A stretch of DNA of 64,000 nt from assembly GCF_902459465.1 (NCBI RefSeq), contig NC_047062.1, forward strand, positions 21,142,001-21,206,000, given 5' to 3'. This document shows positions 11,791 to 33,916 of this stretch, piece after piece. The translations under genes were made by a program, and so were the position numbers. The stretch comes from Asterias rubens. Taxonomy: Eukaryota. The notes beneath the pieces are model-generated. The model was not told where the DNA came from and searched no databases. It saw only the letters and a list, made by a program, of their open reading frames with translations. Position 1 is the stretch's first letter. Every line of letters begins with the position of its first letter.

Positions 11791-13545
11791 TAGCCACCCA
11801 AGCAACAATGCCTGATTTAATAAAGCATGGCTTACTCAAATCGTGCAAAGATGTTACATGTATGACTGCTTTGCAAATGTGAGCTTTTTCAGTGACAATG
11901 AGCCGACATGAACACAGCTAATTTTAAATTCAAACAAAGTAAACTTGAATACATTTGTGTTGGCCATGATGTAACACCGTGTTTCAAGATACACAACATA
12001 TTATATCACGGCTAGAATTTTGTTTACAAAATGCTTTTCCTCCCGAGTGACAGATGACATTAGCCCTTTTCGTAAAACTACGACTGTGAAAAGAACAGGA
12101 AGAACCAAGAAAAACAACGACAACAAGAGAACCATGGCACCCCTATAGGGGAAGGAAAATGATAATACATAAACTTGGTTTAGTAAACCCTGGTAGTAAA
12201 ATATATACATAAAGCTCTACTTCTCTAGATTTGGACAATATACAGACATTTTCAGCATTCTCCATAACATGATATGGGCATAATCGTTAAAACATAAAAG
12301 TTCTGCCTTCAACCCACAACAGGCACCCTGTTGGACAAAATGGACTGCACAACCATCTAATGCCTGTTGCATTATTATTGCACTGAGCAGAGCTTCGATA
12401 GTGCATTTACCATTCAAACCATTTTGCTCATTAAAACCCTCCGACTGTCTGACCATTCAAAATCATCCACTGTGGTTTTAAACGACAGATGAACTACGCC
12501 AGCCTGCAATATAATATCACGTGTTGAATGCATCTACACAAAACACTCATGAATGGTTTTAAAACGTTTGTCAACTCTCGTAAAGATGTTACCAACAGCA
12601 AGAAGGTTGATGATTGAAAGGCAATAATTGAAGGCAAACAAGTCCTACTATAAACAATAGAACCTTCCAATGAAACATGCTAATTATAATCACGCTTGCG
12701 TACAAACCATATTGGTTTGTAAACACCATAGAGATGTGCACTCGGCGGATGCACAATCGAATCTGCGTTACGCAGCCAATAGCCGCATACAAAAACAGCT
12801 CAGCGTTCCCTCATTTTGCCAACCAAAAGTGTGCAAGCGCTATGTGCAATTTACATATTTTATGTGAGGGGTCTATTAATTCATTGGCATAAAACTGAGC
12901 TCTCCAGCATGAGGACATTGATAATAAGTTGTCCTTTCTTTTTGTAACGATCTCACAATGGATGACCTTGTATTTCATACAAAGACTCTCCAGCACAACA
13001 AAGCTTTGTTCTGTCTATATGCACTTTGACAAGGCTTTTGAACTTGCATATTAACAGAAACACAATCCTTATGTGTAGTCATGCCTCATATTACCGTGGG
13101 TCTGTTTATATCGTGGTACCAGTAAATTCAATAGACAACCTTCATATGGTGAATCGGTAGCCACAAATCCTTTACTGATCTGGTCAAAAATGACATCAAA
13201 AGTGTGGAAGGTTTTTTTCTAAGTTGAATACTTTTGAAAAAGAAATCTTAAATTTTTCGCTGACCATACCTGTAAAAAGTGCCACCAACATTAAAATGTT
13301 ACTTTAAATTTTGTTCTGTAAAATATCAGTGTCCAGATCCTGTTTCACATTTGAAAAAAAGATTGACATTGAAAGTCGTATTATCACCTCAAAAACGTAA
13401 CTGAATGTTAAGTATCCAATTAAGGACAAGAACTAAAACACAAACCCCCCACGGTAATAATAGAGCAACCCATCCTACACTGAAATATCTGTATATTGTT
13501 GACTTCCATCGCTAGCTGCCAGGAATACTTGCATCTCATGAATAT

Positions 13546-19998
<6,453 letters not shown>

Positions 19999-20742
19999 TT
20001 TATCGTGTTTTTGGAAGGCAACACGACGACGTCGATTATCACAACTGCGTACGCCCGTCAATTTTCCAAAATGGCGTAAAAATATTGCATGTAAACTAGT
20101 CCAGTCAATCGAAATACTTATAACAATTTAGAAACAACATAGTTACAACAATAAAAGTGGACGTACAATTTGGTTAATTTTGATTGTTTTAATTGTATCA
20201 ATTGATAGCAATTGAATAAAGTATAAGTGTTTAAAATACACTTCCGGGACATGGACGTAAAATGACCTTTCCCTTATCTATTAATAGCATTATGCATGAC
20301 GTCAACGACGTGGATGACGCATCGCTGGGGGTATCCTCAATATGAATAAGTAATAATAATGTTTACAAGGCCAGCTGATGATCGCTACCGCGCTAGATGC
20401 GGGTTCCAACGTGGAGTGATTGACGCTTCGGTCGTCAGCAAAGTATTACAAACCGGTAGTCCCGGTAACTTTACCCTGATTAGTTGTTGACAAAAGTGAA
20501 GGCTGGATTTGTCCACGTACCAAAAAAAAAAACCACCACAACTTGGTGGTATAAGAGGCGATCTCATCGAGCACATGGTTATTCATTTTTCCTCGATGGT
20601 TATTATTCCTACTACAGCAGAGAGCTCGCAATAAACGCTGATTTGGGACATTCAATTCTGCACACTTTGCTTAAGGAAGATAACTGCTTGGATAAAAACA
20701 ATAAAATCTTATCTTATTTTCAAAAGAAAGAGAGACCTAAAG
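19999..20742. promoter_or_regulatory. Bidirectional CpG-rich promoter between RAB4 and ARF-like copy 1
   Basis: The ATGs are 745 bp apart, head-to-head. YY1-like AAAATGGCG 20068-20076, ETS ACTTCCGG 20240-20247, palindromic CRE TGACGTCA 20297-20304. Confidence 0.6.
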
Positions 20743-22866
<2,124 letters not shown>

Positions 22867-24490
22867 GGATGGAACCACGAACAGTTGTGAGAAGTATGAA
22901 TTCATTATAATTGCGTTTATTAAAATGTTTGAACATCCAGAAACATGCAGGCCTAACAAAATGACAGACTCATGGTTTGAAGCATATTCCACAAAGATTT
23001 GTATGTATGCAAAGGAAATGTTGCCGGTCGATTTGTATACAAAGAGTGCCTTCATCATTTAAGAATCATTGGTGTAACGGACGGAGGGGGGGGGGTCTTG
23101 AAACCAATGGAGAATTTTGTATATATATACTTTGAAATGCACTTTGTGCAAATGTATGTTTGAAAACTTTCAAAATGTGTGACATAAAGTTAATTGTTGT
23201 AATGTACATGTATAATTGTGGGGCTAATTATCCCAAATCATTTTCAATTTACCCAGTAAGTTTTTCTTGTGGTTTAATATTTATTTTTGATGTATAAGTT
23301 GTGCCCGTTTGAAGGAATAATCTTGTGAATTTAAAAATTATTTATACTGTTGATTTGTGTACAGCGTATTGAGAAATTTATATTTTAATAATGTATACTG
23401 TTTGAAAACTATAAGAAAACATCTGTGGGCTCTGAACGCTTTTTATCCCTATCATTTTTAGAGAGACACATTATGAGTGTACATACACAGAAATAAAGGG
23501 ATGGTACAAACATTTGCCGTACAACAGACATTAAAAAGAGACTCACCTTTAAGATATTCCCCACGATTATATTAATATTAACGAAATAAAATAATGTACA
23601 TATTGTCTTACTTATAAATTGCATTGTGACTTTACAATACTTGATGGTCCCTAAATTTATACAAAATAATTTACTCCATCCTAACAAATTTATCGGAAAG
23701 GGGGGAAAAAGATTTTAGACTTTCCGAATAATAAAGCCTTGATGTCTTTCATAAAATTTAAGAAGTATTTTTAATTAGACCATTTTGTGTTGCAAGTGTT
23801 TGCACAAATTAGCTGAGTTGTGGTGAAATTAATAAATGTGTATATATTTTTAAAGAAGAAACATTCATTGTACCTCGGAAGTTATTTTGTTTTCCGTTCA
23901 TAGTTTTTATTCATTAGACATTAGAATTAAAATGTTCGGTAGTTACTCATAATTATGAACATGTGTCCCTTCGAAATGATATTAAATTGCATCGGTCGTA
24001 CAACAACAACTACAAAAGTTGATACAAAGATTTTTGGTAGCATAATTAACACTCTCTTAGAAAATGTAGAAAGAGATAACTGATTGACTGAATAATAAAA
24101 GGAAACAAAATAATACATTCTCTGAACACGCCTGGGTCAAAACTGACCAACGTTATGGGGCCCGTGGCATGACCTATTTCTTGGTCATGTTTTTTACGAT
24201 CGAAATTTGCTCAAGTTTGATCCATTTCTGAGTTATCGACACAGATTTCGGGTCATATTGATCCAGAAAGGGGACAGGCCCCCACGGGATCCAGAATCAG
24301 GGAAAATTCTGAAGAGGGACTTTTCATGGTGTAAAGACTTACTGCAATTTTGTTTTTGTTTTAAATAAAATTGATGAATAAATAAAAAATAAGTTATCAC
24401 TAATAAAAAATACTATAAAATTAACCATTTATATCTGAGAATTATTGTGCTACCCAAAACAAAAACTACCAAATCATAATCTTTGTTTAA

Positions 24491-24812
24491 AGGCAGTGGA
24501 CACTATTGGTAATTACTCAAAATAATTATTAGCATAAAAACCTACTTGGTTACGATGAATGGGGAGCTGTTGATAGAATAAAACATTGTGAGAAACGGCT
24601 CCCTCTGCAGGTTTAGAATTTGAGGTCTCGAACTCAAGCATCAGAAAGCACACAACTTCGTGTGACAAGGGTGTTTTTTCTTTCATTATTATCTCGCAAC
24701 TTCAACGACCGATTGAGCTCAAATTTTCACAGGTTTGTTATTTTATGCATATGTTGAGATACAGCAAGTGATAAGACTGGTCTTTGACAATTACCAATAG
24801 TGTCCAGTGTCT
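24491..24812. mobile_element. TTAA MITE family 1 (Kolobok-like), internally deleted copy
   Basis: TTAA|AGGCAGTGGACACTATTGGTAATT ... AATTACCAATAGTGTCCAGTGTCT|TTAA. TTAA TSD with purine-starting termini is typical of Kolobok. Confidence 0.85.
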
Positions 24813-26042
24813 TTAAAACGAGTTTAATTAAGTTTTTGATTTAAAAGGGACGTGGCATGATTTGGAACCAAACGTGTTGAACGTGGAGGTAATGCATTGA
24901 AAAACACAGGAATAAAACAGAAATTGTGGCCAAGAAAGGAGCAGCCATATTTGTTTCTCTGATCAAAGACAATGTATAACCAGACTGAGGCTGAAATATA
25001 AAACAGTCTGGTATGAGCATCAATCGGTCTATCCATACTTGGTATTGCATTATGCATGTAGTGGTTCGGTAAGAATTATCATGATAACCTACACTCTAGG
25101 TTTTCAAACAAACATTTCAAAAATAATAGTTAACCATTATACGTGTAGTATTTTTAGCCTCCCTGTGATTGTGGCATGATGGTGATCGCCAACCGTCACA
25201 AGATATTGCCCACTCGGGGGCAATGTTTTCCCAGCGGTTGCCAAGTAAATTTTAAGCGCATTATAAGCTGATTGGTTCTTCTTCAGTCGCGTTATGAATA
25301 AATTACGAAGTGTATACTCCTCAGGTTCCACGTGTACTGAACCACATCATACGTCAAAGACGTAAACAAGGGGAACGTGTTTCATTATTTTTTGCATAAA
25401 AGATACACCTCATTTTAAAAAGTACTTCCTCATGGATACTACAAAAGAGGTTTCTTTACGTAGTCTAACCATACTCTCGCAAAAGAAACCACTTTTGTAG
25501 TACTAGTAGAATACTGGAGCATCAAACAGCAAATGTGATTTAAATCAATGTCACAATATTCAGCTTTATAAAAAGGGCTCCGTTTTTAGTTAAAAGTGTT
25601 ATTTATTGAAAATACAGCCAATTATGGTCCATCGGATCGAGTCTTCCCATGTCTTTACTGTGTAGCGTTGTTTTCCTAGACCAATATAGGTCACGTGATC
25701 ACATGTAGACATTGGTAGCACAATCGGTTTATTATGTTTACAAGGCCGGCTGATCGTGATGGAAGTTTCAATGTGGAGTGATTGACGCTTTGGTCATCAG
25801 CAAAAGTATTACAAACGGGGAGTCCCGGTAACTAAACCATGATTAGGTGTTGACAAAAGTGAAGACTGGATTCGCCCACGTACCAAAACACACACCACAA
25901 CTTGGTGGTATAAAAGGCGATCTCATCGAGTGGGGGAAACAAGTAATTCTGCACACTTTTTGGTTAAGATAACTGCTTGGATAAAACAATAAAATCTTAT
26001 ATATTTTTTTCAAAAGAAAGTGAGTCCCGTATAGACCTAAAG

Positions 26043-27945
26043 ATGGGACTATGGTCTTCAAAGTTGACGAGTGCGCTCAGCGAGCTGGCTTACGGTCCTT
26101 CCAGCCATATACTTATGCTGGGACTCGATGCTGCAGGTATGAATGTACTAGTTGTATGATTCAATCATTTTTTTCCCGATTATTTTATCAGTTTTTTAGA
26201 GCAACAGATCGTTTCCATGGGAAAGACACTAATTTTGTTTTGTCCTCAGAAAATAAAAGAGTCACAATGTACCCTGTGCCACTTAATCTACATATCAAGA
26301 TTTTCCAATTTCATAAGGGTCAAAGCGGTGCTGTGAATTTTGTAAACTGTTAAAAAAACATTACAACAATCATCGTAAACTTTGCTGACTTCACAATGAG
26401 TGTATTACAAAAAAATTATGCGTTGTTTTTTTACCACAACCGCTTCCCAATTGGACCGTCTGAAATTGCAAAAAGTTTTAAATCATCACCATATCAATTT
26501 TTATTCCGTAGGAACACAATGCAGTGAGCATGCAGAAGTGTAAGAAACGACCCTATCCAAAAGTTTCAATTGACGATTTTCCCCCTTTTTTTCACCATCA
26601 GGAAAGACCACAATTTTGTACAAGCTGAAGCTGAATGAAGAAGTGAGAAGCACCCCTACGATAGGTTTCAACCGAGAAATGGTTTCCCCAATGCCTGGAC
26701 TTACTTTCTCAGTGTGGGACGTAGGCGGTCAGCAGAAAGTACGGCAAATGTGGAGGGATTTATGCTATCAAGGCACCCAGGGTAAGGTCTCTTTACTTAA
26801 CCCCCTCCCCCAACAAATGATTGGCAGACACATTTTAACGACAACCGGTTGGGCTTTTTAAATTTTAAACAAATGGTCCGAGGTCGTTAAAATTTATCAC
26901 CTTTTTTGAGAATATAACGAAACATGAAAACGAAGGGGGCTAAAAGTTTGTTTCGAGTCCAGTGACTTCATGCAGTGAATGGGGGTCATAACTAAAAATC
27001 AAACAACAACAAAAAAAGGAAACTAATAATAAATGTAGGCCCACTTTCGTAACTTTTAAGTTGAACAATTGAACCCCCCCCCCCCCCACTCAAAAAAATA
27101 AAAATTGTTTTCCCTTCTTTTTGTTGATGATCTTCAGGTCTGATCTATGTAGTCGACAGCAGTGATAAGGCACGTTTATCCGAATCAAGAGACGAACTCT
27201 TCGGTATTCTCAATAACCCAGAGCTCCCCTCCACAGTACCCGTAGTCGTCCTCGCCAACAAGCAAGGCTTACCCAGTAAATGTACCCGCTTATTTATCCC
27301 ATCCTCTAAAAGTTGGTTCCTACCTCCATGGTCCAACAGGATTATAGCTTTATATTTTCAACAAACAGTTTGAACGGATATACAATTGTTAGTTTCTTAC
27401 TTTTTAGGGAATTATTAGGGGGGAAAAAAGAAAATAAGATTGACTCAATACTTGTTTACTTGTTGAAAGATAAGTTTGTTTAAAGAATATATATTTTATA
27501 GTTATAACAAATGCAAATTTATTGTGACTCTTTTCCCCCTCATAAACACGAGTGCCCAATTCATGATGCACAATAGTTGAATACTCTTCAATTCTCCCCC
27601 GATATTTTCCAATTTCATGAGGGTCGAAGCGATGCTGTGCATTTTGTAAACTGTTCAAAAATATTACAATCTTTGTAAACTTTGCTGTCTTTACACAATA
27701 AGTGTTCTTAATAATGGTTTGAGGTTTTTCCCCTTCACCAATCAGGTTCCCTTGGACCGTCTGACATTGCACAAGCTTTGAATCTTCATCATCTATCTGG
27801 ACATCCCTGGCACATCCAAGGAACGTGTGCTCCAAACGGAGAAGGCATCTACGAAGCAGTTAACGTCTTAGGGAAGATGGTCGAAGAGTACATGTACGCA
27901 AGTTGGCGTTACAATCCAAACAAAAACTTATTTGGTAACGAGTAA
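26043..27945 (+). CDS. ARF-family GTPase copy 2 (203 aa); intact ORF but G4 motif NKQG and a TE-derived C-terminus (divergent paralog or incipient pseudogene)
   Basis: Exons 26043-26136, 26602-26781, 27138-27275 and 27746-27945; GT-AG, phase 1; 612 nt; no frameshift or premature stop. G4 codon is GGC where copy 1 has GAC. Confidence 0.85.
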
Positions 27946-28253
27946 TGGGGAGAGGTTGATAGTATAAAACATTGTGAGAAACGGCTCCCTCTGAAGTAAC
28001 ATAGTTTTCGAGAAAGAAGTTATTTTCAACGAATTTGATTTTGAGACCTCCAGTTTAGAATTTGAGGTCTCGAAATCAAGCATCTGAAAGCACACAACTT
28101 CGTGTGACAAGGGTGTTTTTCTTTCATTATTATCTCGCAACTCAGACTACCAATTGAGCTCAAATTTTCACAGGTTTGTTATTTTATGCATATGTTGAGA
28201 TACACCAAGTGAGAAGACTGGTCTTTGACAATTACCAATAGTGTCCAGTGTCT
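27921..28253. mobile_element. TTAA MITE family 1, 5-prime-truncated copy overlapping the stop codon of ARF-like copy 2
   Basis: AAAAACTTATTTGGTAACGAGTAATGGGGAGAGG... through ...GTGTCCAGTGTCT|TTAA matches the copies at 24491 and 48871. Confidence 0.85.
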
Positions 28254-28905
28254 TTAAATTGTTCACTGAATACTTTAAAATGCTGGAGTTAACATATAAA
28301 ATGCTGGACTCAACACTTTCAAAGTGTATTCACTCACCGAACTCATGCAAGTGTTGGATTCAACTCTATAGTTTTTAGACTGACGGTGAGGATGGAATCA
28401 CGAACACTTGTGAGAAGTTTGAGTTCATATAATTAATTACGTTTCTCAGATCGTTTTGACATCCAGAAACAGCAGGAATCATAGAATTTCCAAATAAAGA
28501 CTCGTGGGAGACATCCGTCTTTCGAAGTTTATACGCTCATGACCAAAAAGACTTTCGTGTGTGTAAGGAAATGTTTACAGTCAAACTATACGAAGAGTGC
28601 CTTCATCAATTCCACCAATACATATTTAGTTTTTTAAGAATTTGTGGTGAAATGCAGGGGGGGGGGGTATCTTAAACCCATGGAGTTTTTTGTACACATA
28701 CTTGGAAATGTATTTTATGCAAATGTTAAATCTGAAAATGTTGTTGGATAGGGGCCCATGTTTATTTTGTACTTGCATGTATTGTAGCTCAAACGAACAG
28801 AATGTTTACATTCCTTTTTCCATCCATAAGCGAGCAAAGCTAATTCAAAATTTGTGACAGAAAGTATATGATTGTTATATTTATAATTAATGATTTGGGA
28901 CTGAA

Positions 28906-29298
28906 AAACACTGGACACCTTTGGTAATTGTCAAAGACCAGTCTTCTCACTTGGTGTATCTCAACATGTTATGCACAAACTAATTAACAAACCTGTAACA
29001 ATTTGAGCTCAACTCAATTGGTGGTCGAAGTTGTAAGATAATAGTCGAAGAAAAAACACCCTTGTCACACAAAGTTGCTTGATTTCGGGACCTCAAAATA
29101 TAATTCTGAGAACTCGAAATCAAATTCGTGGAACTTCTTTCTCGAAAACTATGTTACTTCAGAGGGGGGGGGGGGGGGCGGCCGTTTCTCACAATGTTTT
29201 ATACTATCAACAGCTTTCCATGGCTTGTTACCAAGAAAGTTTGTATTCTAACTATTATTATAATTATAGAGTAATTATACCAATAGTGTCCAGTGCCT
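28906..29298. mobile_element. TTAA MITE family 1, reverse orientation, degraded
   Basis: CTGGACACCTTTGGTAATTGTCAAAGACCAG ... CCAATAGTGTCCAGTGCCT; absent from the matching position in duplication unit 1. Confidence 0.75.
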
Positions 29299-30200
29299 TG
29301 AACAGTCCCCAAATCATTATAAATTTTACCCAGTGAGTTTTTCTTGTGGTTTAATATTTATTTTTGATGTCTGAAATGTGCCAGTTTGAAGGATTAATCT
29401 TGTGAATTTATGTTCACTGTTGATTTGTGTACAGCATTTTGCGAAATTTATATTTTAATAATATAATGTTTGAAAACTAAGAAAAAAATTGTTGGCTCTG
29501 AACGTTTTTATCCCTAATTTTTTTTTAGAGAGACAGGTTATGGAGTGTACAGACACAGAAATAAAGGGATGGTACAAATGAAACCTTACACAAGCTGCAT
29601 ACACAGACATTAAAAAGAGACTCACCTTTAAGATATTGACCACGTTTATATTAATATTAACTATCATGTTTTCCCTCATCCAAAACAAAATATAACAAAA
29701 CTGAGGCTGGAATAATGTCAAACAAACATTTAAAAAATAATTAACAACCACGTGTACTTTGTTGTTGCCTCCCAGTGATTTCTTGGCATGGTGGTGGAAC
29801 CAACGTGGAAGTATTGAGATCAATAATATTAACAAAACAAAGGCTTTGTATAATAAATTAGCATAATCATCAACCGTGACAAGATATTGCCCATTCGGGG
29901 GCAATGTTTTCCCAGTGGTTGCCAAGTAAATTTTAAACGTATAAGCTGATTGGTTCTTCTTCAGTCGCGTTATGAATAAATTACGAAGTGTTTACTCCTC
30001 AAGTTCCACGTGTACTGAACCACATCATTTGTCAAAGACGTAAACAAGAGGGACGTGTACCATTATATTTTGCATATAAGATACACCAACACAATATCGG
30101 CTCATTTTTAAAGCAACCACTCATGGTGTTGGACACCTGTTATAATTTTAAGGAGTGTTGTATTTAGGAATTTAGAGCCTTCTTCGACCCATAATACAAA

Positions 30201-32478
<2,278 letters not shown>

Positions 32479-32710
32479 TTAAGTCTCACAAACGTAACTA
32501 ACTTGAATATAGGACACAACACTTGCTCTGTTTAATGGCTTAAAAACAAAAACATTTTAAGCAAGGGGGAGGGTCATTTCTCTCCTGTGGAGAGCTAAAA
32601 AAGAGAAGAGAGATATTACAGAGACAAAACAAACACATTTTTACTACCAAGTCATTCCTTAAAATTAAAAACGTATGTATTATTTATTTGTTTTAATTCA
32701 TCGGACATAA

Positions 32711-33916
32711 TACGGAAGCGTATTGCCGCCCCATGAATAATTTTTTAATACCGTATCATGTACATACACGATACCTTATCACGTACGTACATGATAAATC
32801 CAAACTTATCATGTATGTACTCGATAACTTATTGTGTACGTACTCGATAACTTATCATATGTATATGATAAATCCAAACTTATCGTGTACGTATATGATA
32901 ACTTATCATATACGTACATGATAAATCCAAACTTATCGTGTACGTACACAATAACTTATCGTGTACGTACATAATAAGTTTGGTAAAGTTGTTCGGGTCA
33001 AGACAAAGGTTTTAGGAAATACAATTATGCAAATAATGGTTATCCTGCACAGTGAATGATTGTGAATGACATAAAGTTCATCGAATATTATTATTATTAT
33101 TAATATTTTATTGTCACTTGCAAAAATATAAAATTACAGTGAAATGCGTCTTGGTTTTGTGTGTCTTAAAATATGGTATATAAAAATACACACTCAAAAT
33201 TTACCATTTTATACAAAAATACATCGAAAATAAAAATGTTGAACTGAAACACTCCCTATGCATATGGCTGCCTGTAGTGTTTGACCTAGCAGAAGTTTTG
33301 ATTGCATAAAACAACAATCCCTAGGAGGTTTTATAATATTTCATTTCTTTATATGCAACGAATCTATTAATTTTAACCTTGAAAAGTATGTATAATTTAT
33401 TTTAGTAGAGTATTTTTGTAGATTATTGTTTTAAAATGGTATTAATTTCAAACTAGCTGTGTTTAAATAGTCCTGGGCCACAGTGTGTGATTCAAGTAAA
33501 TGCGTTTTACAGATTTTGTTGAATGTATTCATGTCATTCATAGATCCACCAGATAGCTAATTGTTTTTATTTGTATGAGGTAATAAAAGAACATGTAAAT
33601 GTACTGAACACAATTACCAAGCGTTTAAATCGGAACTGCTCATTTTTTTAATAGAGCGATGAGTAAAGTTACAGTGCAAAGGAAAGTGTGGGGTTGTTAC
33701 CTCTAAAGACAACAAGGATGACTGGTGGGAACAAATCAAGGGGTGTGGTCTTGGTGATGATCAATATTGGGAGTGGTGATGGTGGTGAATGGTCACCAGG
33801 GTGATAAGTTTGGAATATTTATACTTTTAGTTTATTGAGTACGTACACGTTAACTTATCGTGTACGTACACAATGAAAAATATATTTATTTTATTCAAAG
33901 GGGCGGCAATATCGTA
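32711..33916. mobile_element. Foldback-like element of about 1.2 kb with inverted termini and subterminal palindromic 22/30-bp repeats
   Basis: Left TACGGAAGCGTATTGCCGCCCCATGAATAA, then about 10 copies of GATAA(ATCCAAA)CTTATCGTGTACGTACA (32750-32975). Right end has the same repeat (33838-33872), then TTATTCAAAGGGGCGGCAATATCGTA. Confidence 0.6.
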
